A stretch of 50,650 bases of DNA, from IMG/VR virus record IMGVR_UViG_3300034682_000034, positions 1-50,650 of that record. One strand, 5' to 3'. The DNA is from a virus. This document shows, piece by piece, positions 10,401 to 17,569 of the stretch. The first letter of the stretch is position 1; the number at the start of each line of letters is the position of its first letter. The notes under the pieces were generated by a model. The model was not told the DNA's origin and ran no database searches. It saw only the letters and a program-made list of their open reading frames with translations. A program made the position numbers and the translations under genes.

Positions 10401-12466
10401 GGGCTGATGCCTACTGGGATATGAATCAAGTGTCTGGACGAATTGCTCAACGCCATCGTGGTAAGCTTCTGGAGAACACTGTAGGTTTTAAAACGTACGG
10501 AGCTGATGACTTCATTGAAAACCCTGCTGACTCGGCTGTGAGAGCAGCTACAAGCATGGGTGGACGAATCGCAATGAAGGAAGTCATTGATACCGCAAAA
10601 GAACGATTTATGAAGCAGTATGGTCACATGTTGGCCGGACCTGATTATCAGAAAAAGTTCCCCACAAGTCGTGATATGCTTTTGGTGAAGGGTGAACAAT
10701 CTACCAAGGAATTGGCAGATGCACGTACAACCTGGGAATATATCAACTACATGGAGAGCGGATACATCAATGGTATGTCGGAAATCTCTAAGAGAGCTTT
10801 TAATACCGCTGCTGATGCTTTGGGTCTGCGTGGTTATAAGGTTGTTGAAAACCTGACTAGAGAACTTGCAGATGCGAATATTCAAGGAGCTATTAAGGGT
10901 GGTGTTTTTGCAGCATACCTTGCAACTAATCCGCTGAGACAGTGGCTGGTTCAGACCAATCAAGTTTGGCGGCTACTTGGGTATTCCGGTACACGTATGA
11001 ACGCTGTGTTTGATCTTGGTGGCAGTTTTGCTAATCCAGCTAAAGCAACAGCATTGCAAAAGGAGTTTCAAGATTTTTACAAGAGCACTGGTTTTGTTCA
11101 AGCAATTTCTAGAAGTAATCTTGTTAGAGGTACACTTCTGGATGCCGCTAATCGCCAGAACGCTGTAAGTCGAGCTTACGATAAGGCTGTACAGGCTGGT
11201 AGAGCTGTTGGCTATGACATTGGTGAGAATATCAATAATATTATGGCTTCCGCTGCTGTGTTTGATAAATATAAACAAGCAGGTAAAGATGTTAATGATA
11301 AGCTGGTTCGTGCAGAAATGCATGCTGAAGCTAGAGCTTTGAATCGTAATATGTCCTATGCAGGAGATATGCCTTACAATCAAAACTCTCTAGCACTGGC
11401 ATTCACATACATGCAAGTCCCTCATAAGTTTGCACTGCAAGGATTTGATAGAACTCTTGATCCTAAGATGCGAGCTAGATTGATTGCTGCTGACTTGGCT
11501 CTTTGGGGGCTCCCCGGTGTGGCTGTTATGCAAGCAATTGCAGGTAATGACATTCTCCCAGAAAACGCCAATGTTCGAGAAGTTCTCACTGATGGGTTGC
11601 AAAGCTTCCTGATTAACAAGACATTCCAGCTTGCTTACAACGATGCATCTGCTGGTATTGATCTAAGTTCCCTGGCTCCATATGATATGGATTCTTGGAA
11701 TAAAATGATCAATGGGCTATTGTTTGATGGTGGATTGTCAGCTCTAGTGTCTAATTCCCCAGCAGGACGTGTATTTGGTTTGTCAGCAGATAGCCGTCTA
11801 GGGTATGCAATCGAAACCACTTCCATGTTCTTCAAGGATTTGATGGAAGATAAAATGACGGCTGTAACTGTTAAAGATGTAGCAGATGCATGGGCACGTA
11901 TGTCCTCGGGGTATACTAACTTGCAAGAAGCTAAGATCATGTACCAGCTTGGTAAGGTGATTGATAAGCAGGGGCGGACTGTTGATGACACCGTTACCAC
12001 TCCAGAAGCAATTGCTAAGGTGTTCGGTTTCGGAACTAAGGCAACTAAGGATTATTATGAAACAATCCTTAAGGCTAGTGAGATTGATAAGCAGTGGCAA
12101 GAGTCGGCTAGAGCAGATGCTAAACTAATCTTCCAAATGATTAGAGGTTTGAATGACGGAGACATGCAAGGAGCTAGAGCTGTTGCTATGTTGTCACAAG
12201 CCCTAGCAGATGCTTCTAACTTCCCAAGTAAACAAGCACAAGCTCAATACCTAGCAACCATGCAAGCAGAAACGCAAAAATCCGCAAACTTCAAAGTGAT
12301 CGAGAAGCTGGCTAAAGTCGCTGGCTACCCTGACCCATCTGAAGGATTTGCGGATTTGGCTAAGACAGCTCCTCTGAGTGCAGAAGAGAAGTCTATGTAT
12401 ATGGAAGCTATGAATAAGAATTACAAGTTCTGGAATGAACTTGAGAAGGCTAACAAGGAAAAATAA
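7418..12466 (+). CDS. Giant internal virion / DNA-ejection protein (putative)
   Basis: 1682-aa ORF in the position held by gp15/gp16-type ejection proteins in podoviruses. Confidence 0.6.
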   Translation: MDNEQSQIDPILYREPDEDQKVVITALPDRALNVEAAALALLENDDEAALEKFKNLSGTPRNMKPEMITREGERHMRDFEDYIRSGLVKVLADPTVPIEQKTEVVKQSQSGSFAPPDAQTTLYNKALIADSAGESEKGSKVRESMAMSAFKAAEILEERQGIINAAVGKRDGTLNQVTDFLSMLVPLEAGITAAKVANKEGGSVAVAGVLPGTYMRKLSDKFKGMPIEEQNAYLQELATIVSSSSGLTTSKNQLRTEAWLSEISGGMGTADEMLENFFNLLDIVGLGSTIKGLPKTLAKASDSAKALSSRAQAEVGKNAKDWFERTGQDVRMSKQYDPETGSISEDVMSNIGRQEVVPSIPKFNKDVQDAAKLEAQAVQLKDTASLKLSRDEFEETRSSLESIKSQKPKLSPNATPAELQGYLEAKKVYQETVQGLTQKLEIHRNAEKAEDALPDVLNKIETLKNSEALEPVPLNPIAAAIDRAYNQSFLFTHNPRTPGFILNLTNPDKARAVQAQIIINQSDELAEAIHGVNRQEALVKAVAPQITDATGRVKKLVDDPELSIRSIMASELGESIKNTHDGFRYTEKEIASARANIVGNYKEVTGLQLNDAMTSFSFDGDTIKVSGVYTNGQGGWTTSEEAISQAKFALRDRGVKDSDIEVLKLDGDEFVPVDKDAVSGQEGVFAVRLNVEDRITDADVGEWDKLDVKRNFLDRFQTQGSGAGWSRFVFEPNSMLHRRLTGPMSVADDKSTIITNSLLLKFEKFTDSYVKLPNNIKKDVDHYIRDANVHEIAFDRVALSNRFPPNVVDMLQEWRDAWDTMYLLENAEVVKAVDKEGYKLFSHPNIEAVVKQRPKRFENNVAYDPAIDSVRTLTKTEIDDIYNKGGYIGEFRRPMTLNGSTSDFMIVRNTPTEYARKLRDDDRLLNYREGYYQVSYKTPKFIDEEYTDSSGVKRTRTIGVAGSVKEAKAAVDRLQSQGNGNTYKYRGDERDVRRGADAYWDMNQVSGRIAQRHRGKLLENTVGFKTYGADDFIENPADSAVRAATSMGGRIAMKEVIDTAKERFMKQYGHMLAGPDYQKKFPTSRDMLLVKGEQSTKELADARTTWEYINYMESGYINGMSEISKRAFNTAADALGLRGYKVVENLTRELADANIQGAIKGGVFAAYLATNPLRQWLVQTNQVWRLLGYSGTRMNAVFDLGGSFANPAKATALQKEFQDFYKSTGFVQAISRSNLVRGTLLDAANRQNAVSRAYDKAVQAGRAVGYDIGENINNIMASAAVFDKYKQAGKDVNDKLVRAEMHAEARALNRNMSYAGDMPYNQNSLALAFTYMQVPHKFALQGFDRTLDPKMRARLIAADLALWGLPGVAVMQAIAGNDILPENANVREVLTDGLQSFLINKTFQLAYNDASAGIDLSSLAPYDMDSWNKMINGLLFDGGLSALVSNSPAGRVFGLSADSRLGYAIETTSMFFKDLMEDKMTAVTVKDVADAWARMSSGYTNLQEAKIMYQLGKVIDKQGRTVDDTVTTPEAIAKVFGFGTKATKDYYETILKASEIDKQWQESARADAKLIFQMIRGLNDGDMQGARAVAMLSQALADASNFPSKQAQAQYLATMQAETQKSANFKVIEKLAKVAGYPDPSEGFADLAKTAPLSAEEKSMYMEAMNKNYKFWNELEKANKEK

Positions 12467-12468
12467 TT

Positions 12469-14292
12469 ATGGCGGAATTCGGTGTCAAAGCTACGGAATT
12501 GCAAGACCCACAAGCTCGTGGCTCTGCTCCGATTTCCCCAGTGCAGGAACCAGCATCTAGTTGGAGCATTGGGGATTTGCGGGGACTATTTACAGGGGCT
12601 GATAAGTCCAAAGAAAAGCCTTGGTCTAAAGAGGTAAATGATTACTACAAGAAGGCTAATGCAATTCAGCAAAGTGTTCTAACTGGTCAATTCAGTGAAC
12701 GTCAAGGGTACAACAAGATTAAGATGCTCACTACTGAATATGGTTTGCGTGTTGCGGACTATGGTATTGAAGCTCAAAAAGCTCTTAACGATTCATTCGG
12801 ATACATTAGAACAGGGGGTACGGGTCTGGGTGAGACTATCGAAGCTACCTCCCAAGATACGAAGAGGGCGTTCAACGCTGCTGATGCACTAACTAAAGCT
12901 GGTGTATACGTTCCACCTGTTAGTGAGCAATCGCAATCGGATAAGGACTTCCTTGTGCGTACAGAGGCTCATCTTGCATCTTTGGAGCGTACAGCTAAAG
13001 AATCTCAAGAAGCTATTACGTTCCGTAATACTGTAGACGCAGCTAACCGAGCTTCACAAGAATTTCAATGGAAACTTACAGATCGTGCTCGACAAGAAGA
13101 TGCACGTAATGCTGTAAACGGATTGAAGCGAGACAGTATTAGTTACATCCCACAGATGTTGGATAATATCCTTAAGGGTGAAGGTACGCCTCAAGAAAAG
13201 CAGATGAGATTTGAGCAAAGTATGGCAGGTCTAAATAACGTAGCCTCCAACGTTCTCATGGCTGATCCTACGTCTTTGAAGGTGTATCAGGAAACAATAA
13301 ATCAATTGACTACTCTGGGTCGTGAAATGATAGACCCTACCAAGGATACTAAGAAGCTTCAAGATGAGCTACAGCGTCGTATCCTTACCGCTCAATTGGA
13401 TATGACCAATGCAGCTCCTGTTCTTAAGGTTGCTGCCCTTGATCAGTTGATTCCTAACTCTCCTGCTATCACCATGGCTGCTGGGCAACAAGCCCAACGT
13501 ATCTTGGTGGATGATTTGAACAAGGCTGTCACCTCTAACGTGGTTCCTTCTGTTGTGGCTAATGATGTTCCTACACAGAAGTCTACATTCCAAACAATTC
13601 AAAGCACCATTTCCCGTGTAACTAGCGGAGCATCTATGAACCCCCAAGCAGATATGGACGCTGCTGCTAAGGCTGCTGATGCAACTCTCAAAACCTTGGG
13701 AATGGTTAACGCTAACAGTAACGTAACGCTGGAATATGTTAAAGACTTTATTGCTTCTCCTGAATATGGAGAGCTAATCAAGGCTGGTAAATATAATCCA
13801 GACATTGCCGATCAAGCTCGTCCAGCATTCCAAGATTTGTATGTTTCTGCTTTTGGAGAGAAATTCTTTACAGATATCGGGAAGCAGATTGGTGATGTAA
13901 ATTATGTCGATGGTAAGCCCAGTCCTGACAATGCTACCCTAGGTAAGATTGTGGACTTGGAAGTAACTTCAGATGGTAAGATTAAGGCAGTCAAGAAGAT
14001 TGACCCTTCTTTGAAGATTACAGCATCTACCGTGTATATCGACCGACAAATCCGTGATGCTCAGAAGATGGCCGATGGTTTGACCAAGGTTGTCCGTGCA
14101 GCAGCACATTTAGATGGCCGAACCGATTATGCTAAGTATTGGGAAGAAAACAAACACTTCTTGGCACGAGGAATTTTCCCTCCTCCAGAATTCATCGAGC
14201 AGCTCAAAGCTAAGGGCTACTCTGGTTCTGGTAGTGCTCTCAACCCTGCTAATTACAATAAACAGAATGGACAATCAACCAACCAACGATAA
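12469..14292 (+). CDS. Internal virion protein (putative)
   Basis: 607-aa ORF between the giant protein and the SLT gene. Confidence 0.5.
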   Translation: MAEFGVKATELQDPQARGSAPISPVQEPASSWSIGDLRGLFTGADKSKEKPWSKEVNDYYKKANAIQQSVLTGQFSERQGYNKIKMLTTEYGLRVADYGIEAQKALNDSFGYIRTGGTGLGETIEATSQDTKRAFNAADALTKAGVYVPPVSEQSQSDKDFLVRTEAHLASLERTAKESQEAITFRNTVDAANRASQEFQWKLTDRARQEDARNAVNGLKRDSISYIPQMLDNILKGEGTPQEKQMRFEQSMAGLNNVASNVLMADPTSLKVYQETINQLTTLGREMIDPTKDTKKLQDELQRRILTAQLDMTNAAPVLKVAALDQLIPNSPAITMAAGQQAQRILVDDLNKAVTSNVVPSVVANDVPTQKSTFQTIQSTISRVTSGASMNPQADMDAAAKAADATLKTLGMVNANSNVTLEYVKDFIASPEYGELIKAGKYNPDIADQARPAFQDLYVSAFGEKFFTDIGKQIGDVNYVDGKPSPDNATLGKIVDLEVTSDGKIKAVKKIDPSLKITASTVYIDRQIRDAQKMADGLTKVVRAAAHLDGRTDYAKYWEENKHFLARGIFPPPEFIEQLKAKGYSGSGSALNPANYNKQNGQSTNQR

Positions 14293-14887
14293 GCCCTGGG
14301 CGGAAAATCTCCTAGAGGTCTTTGGCTTCGGTAAAAAGAATGGGGGTACACCAACCCCTGTTCCTTCTGAAATAAACGCACAGAAGCCTATCTATGACCA
14401 ACCAGAGGCATTGTGGCAGATGTATAAGCCTAAGCCAATGAGTAATTTTGAAAACCTATTCAGCAAGGTGATTCAAGCTGAGAGTCAAGGCAAGCACAGG
14501 GATGCACAAGGTAACTTGACTAAGAGTAAAGTGGGGGCTTTAGGTATCACACAAATCATGCCCGCTACGGGACGTGATCCTGGATATGGCGTTGCACCAT
14601 TGCGTGATGATTCGGAAGCAGAATACCTGCGTGTAGGTAAAGAACTCCTACAAGCATACACCAAAGAGTTTGGTGGGGATATTCGCAAAGGACTCGCTGC
14701 ATATAATGCAGGAATTGGGAAAGTTCAGAAAACTATTTCTGAACACGGTGAAGAGTGGGAAACTAAGCTTCCTGCTGAAACTAAGAATTATTTGAGTAAG
14801 ATTTTAGGAACAGCAACCGGCAGTCGACAAGCTAACGCTCAATCTCCAAATTACGGTAATCGTGTAGATGGGACTAAAAAAAGGTAA
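14267..14887 (+). CDS. Virion-associated lytic transglycosylase (SLT domain)
   Basis: Motifs ESQGKHRD, GALGITQIMPAT and LAAYNAGIGKV. The start is taken at ATG 14267. The ORF track's start at 14114 would overlap the previous gene by 179 nt. Confidence 0.75.
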   Translation: MDNQPTNDKPWAENLLEVFGFGKKNGGTPTPVPSEINAQKPIYDQPEALWQMYKPKPMSNFENLFSKVIQAESQGKHRDAQGNLTKSKVGALGITQIMPATGRDPGYGVAPLRDDSEAEYLRVGKELLQAYTKEFGGDIRKGLAAYNAGIGKVQKTISEHGEEWETKLPAETKNYLSKILGTATGSRQANAQSPNYGNRVDGTKKR

Positions 14888-15167
14888 CGGTTACTTTGGC
14901 GAACTCAGAATGACAGATGGCAGTAGGAACGTAATGACTGAATTCTCTGTCGGTGTTGAAATTGATGGTAAAGAAGTTGAAATCCCAACACTTACCCCTA
15001 ATCAATCTCGAAAAGACATTGATGCTGTTTTATCAGGAATGGAACCTTCTGATACTATGATTGAGAAAGCTGTTGAACATGCTCGACAACGAATTTCAAA
15101 AGGTAAAAGTCCATTTGCGGGTCGCGGAGAACAAACACACAATTTAACTGATTTAACGAAACACTAA
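14868..15167 (+). CDS. Hypothetical protein, possibly a +1-frame C-terminal extension of the SLT protein
   Basis: 99-aa ORF whose first codons span the A7 run (14876-14882). No Shine-Dalgarno sequence is visible upstream. Confidence 0.5.
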   Translation: MGLKKGNGYFGELRMTDGSRNVMTEFSVGVEIDGKEVEIPTLTPNQSRKDIDAVLSGMEPSDTMIEKAVEHARQRISKGKSPFAGRGEQTHNLTDLTKH

Positions 15168-15168
15168 T

Positions 15169-15438
15169 ATGCCAGCTAAGGGTCAATACAAAAAGAATGC
15201 AACTGCTGATTCTATCCGTCAGCGTAAGTATAACAGTAAGCCAGAGAGCAAGAAGGATCGAGCCTCTCGTAATGCAGCTCGTAGAGAGGCTATGAAAGAT
15301 GGCCGTGTTAAGAAGGGAGACGGCAAGGATATCGACCATAAAAATATGAACCCTCGTGATAATCGAAAAGGTAATACAAAGGTTATGGATCGTAGTAAGA
15401 ATCGAGCTAAAAACCAATGGGCTAAGAAAAATAAATGA
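15169..15438 (+). CDS. Small highly basic protein
   Basis: 89 aa, very K/R-rich. The segment DIDHKNMNPRDNRKGNTKVMDRSKNR is faintly HNH-like. Confidence 0.55.
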   Translation: MPAKGQYKKNATADSIRQRKYNSKPESKKDRASRNAARREAMKDGRVKKGDGKDIDHKNMNPRDNRKGNTKVMDRSKNRAKNQWAKKNK

Positions 15439-15944
15439 CAATGAATGATAATGTTGCCTCTATTTCCAGAGGCAACCCTCCTTACTATTTCAGGAATGGA
15501 CGTACATTCCGAAGTTTTAAAGAGTTGAATATTGCAGCCAGTGGGTCGTATGTCGTAAAGATTGTACTACCTGTCCCTGTTTATTTTACTGGATTTGATA
15601 TTAATATTGAATCTGGTCAGTTGAAGGTTGAAACTGTCTCTGCTGGAACTCCTGGAGGTACCTTTGCAGAAACACTACCTGTAATCAAAACCAACCTAAC
15701 TGTACCTACTGACTATGTGGTTCAAACTGCCCTCACAGCAGGTGGGACGCATACTGGTGGCACGGTGATTGATGTTGTTAGACTTAAAACCAATAACAAT
15801 CTGAATCAAGGTACAAGTGTGATCATCCCAGATCAAGGTATTCGTGGAATTGCAGCAGGTACTTATCATTGGAGATTTACCAATCTAAGCACTACGGATG
15901 CAGTTACAGGCACTGTGAAGATTATGTGGACAGAACCATTCTAA
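15435..15944 (+). CDS. Hypothetical virion-module protein
   Basis: 169-aa ORF, the last gene of the plus-strand block. Confidence 0.6.
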   Translation: MTMNDNVASISRGNPPYYFRNGRTFRSFKELNIAASGSYVVKIVLPVPVYFTGFDINIESGQLKVETVSAGTPGGTFAETLPVIKTNLTVPTDYVVQTALTAGGTHTGGTVIDVVRLKTNNNLNQGTSVIIPDQGIRGIAAGTYHWRFTNLSTTDAVTGTVKIMWTEPF

Positions 15945-15953
15945 ATTAGAAAC

Positions 15954-16019
15954 AAAAAAACCCCGGAGGGGCTTAAGAGAGTAATTTCTCCTAGGCTCCT
16001 GCCGGGGTTTTTTTTTGTT
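15954..16019. terminator. Bidirectional intrinsic terminator at the convergence point of the two gene blocks
   Basis: AAAAAAACCCCGG ... CCGGGGTTTTTTTTT: an A7 run, a GC stem and a T9 run between the stops at 15944 (+) and 16044 (-). Confidence 0.8.
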
Positions 16020-16043
16020 ATTAGGGGTTAAATACCCCAACCT

Positions 16044-16298
16044 TCATGGATTACCATACAAGTCCTTGTCTTTCCACATACGCCAATCAGGATTAACCTT
16101 AGGCTCAGAACGTCTAATTAGCTGTGTCCCGCTGATGAAATCACCAATACGAGGATCACCTAGTTCATCCAGAACTTCAAATACATACACTTCATAGTTA
16201 GAGTCTAGAAGGCCATCTTCACCAACAGTTTTCACAACATATTGATATGTACCCTCTGTACCTCTGACCTTTGTACAACCATGATTAATTTCAATCAT
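16044..16298 (-). CDS. Hypothetical protein
   Basis: 84-aa ORF overlapping the upstream gene's stop. Confidence 0.55.
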   Translation of the reverse strand: MIEINHGCTKVRGTEGTYQYVVKTVGEDGLLDSNYEVYVFEVLDELGDPRIGDFISGTQLIRRSEPKVNPDWRMWKDKDLYGNP

Positions 16299-16756
16299 CC
16301 AACCCTCCGCACACTCTTCAATACACCTTCTTCACCCTCACCACCAGCCAATGCATGAATGGCAACTCTAACACGCTTATCTTCCACTGGAACACCCAGA
16401 CCTTGCAAGAAAACACACAGTCTAGCACCAACTGTGAAACGCTCCCAAGAAACTTGATCTGCACAAATCAGAAGATTATAGATTCCTTTCTTGATGGAAG
16501 TGAAATTGTTACCTGCAACAATAGGTTCATAACCTACACCTTGCATGTTCCAACCATCAATACGAGCAAGTTCAAGAATGCGCTCACGTAGCTCCTCATT
16601 AGCTACGAATAAAGCTACATCAATATCATTACCTTCACCGAGGATACGAGCACTACCTACCAGCTCAATCGGGGGTCGTTCCATATTCAGTTCATGACAA
16701 GCTTGTTCGATTGGACCACGAATATCGTTGTATTCAAAATCAGTAATCATTGGCAT
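16295..16756 (-). CDS. Minimal nucleotidyltransferase (Pol-beta superfamily) domain protein
   Basis: The segment ELVGSARILGEGNDIDVALFV fits the hGS-x(9-10)-DhD NTase signature. Confidence 0.5.
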   Translation of the reverse strand: MPMITDFEYNDIRGPIEQACHELNMERPPIELVGSARILGEGNDIDVALFVANEELRERILELARIDGWNMQGVGYEPIVAGNNFTSIKKGIYNLLICADQVSWERFTVGARLCVFLQGLGVPVEDKRVRVAIHALAGGEGEEGVLKSVRRVG

Positions 16757-16759
16757 TGT

Positions 16760-17080
16760 TTAAGCCTCCAACATTTTCTTCAAAGATTGAACATTAATTG
16801 CATTACCTAGAGCTTTATATTCGCTTCCGTATGCGTTTTCAGCATGCAGGTAAGGCACTGCCCTTACCCCTTGGTTGAAAAGCTCTTGGCGGGCCTCTAG
16901 ATCGCTTACATCACGGATTTCATATTGAATACCAGCCTCTTCAAGACGTTGCTTGACAGAGGGGCAATTAGCACAGGTTGTGGAGGTGTAAAGTTTAACA
17001 AACATTTTCTTTTCTTTCGCAGCCCTCCTCCCACAAGTCCAAAGATTTATAGGAGGAAGGCTAATTTTAAATTCAATCAT
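16760..17080 (-). CDS. Glutaredoxin/NrdH-like thioredoxin-fold protein
   Basis: MFVKLYTSTTCANCPSVKQ (CxxC) ... RAVPY. It lies next to the RNR gene. An alternative start is Met26 (17005). Confidence 0.65.
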   Translation of the reverse strand: MIEFKISLPPINLWTCGRRAAKEKKMFVKLYTSTTCANCPSVKQRLEEAGIQYEIRDVSDLEARQELFNQGVRAVPYLHAENAYGSEYKALGNAINVQSLKKMLEA

Positions 17081-17556
17081 TGATAGATTGATGCACGAAT
17101 CTTGTGCAGACTAACTGGAGAATAGTTAATAGCTTCACACGAAACATTAACATACCGCTTGTCATCTATCGTGTTCGTATGTACATGTCCATGAATATTA
17201 ACTTTCCCACGTAGCTCATCTGGGTGAATCGGTGCATGGGTAAGCCAGAATTCTTTATATTTCACTATCGCATGTACTTCGTCAAAAGTATCAACAAGCT
17301 GACGCATAGACAGATGTTCTGTGCAGTGATTACCTGCAACTAAGATTTTCTTCCCGGGAATACCATCTAGAACTGTCAGGCGATCTTGGCTAAGGATAAT
17401 ATCTCCCAAGAAATACACAATGTCCCTCTTTGTAACCCTCTTACGAAGGTTACTCAGAATCAGTTCTGTAATTTGCTCCTCAGACTCAAAAGGTCTCCAT
17501 CTAATTTGATTTCTGTGTCCGAAATGACAATCACCAATAAACAGGACATTGGCCAT
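17077..17556 (-). CDS. Calcineurin-like metallophosphoesterase
   Basis: Motifs GDCHFGH, LGDI, GNHC and HGHVH. Confidence 0.75.
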   Translation of the reverse strand: MANVLFIGDCHFGHRNQIRWRPFESEEQITELILSNLRKRVTKRDIVYFLGDIILSQDRLTVLDGIPGKKILVAGNHCTEHLSMRQLVDTFDEVHAIVKYKEFWLTHAPIHPDELRGKVNIHGHVHTNTIDDKRYVNVSCEAINYSPVSLHKIRASIYQ

Positions 17557-17569
17557 ATTTTTCCTTTAA

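Noticed and set aside
14114-14266. The longer start (14114) for the SLT gene, which would add an N-terminal hydrophobic segment
   Set aside because: It would overlap the preceding 607-aa gene by 179 nt in another frame. The ATG at 14267 gives a compact arrangement, and the SLT motifs all lie downstream of it.
14873-14887. A classical -1 programmed frameshift on the A7 run
   Set aside because: After a -1 slip the frame reads AAG GTA ACG GTT ACT TTG GCG AAC TCA GAA TGA and stops after about 10 codons. Only the +1 direction, or loss of one A, opens the 99-aa ORF.
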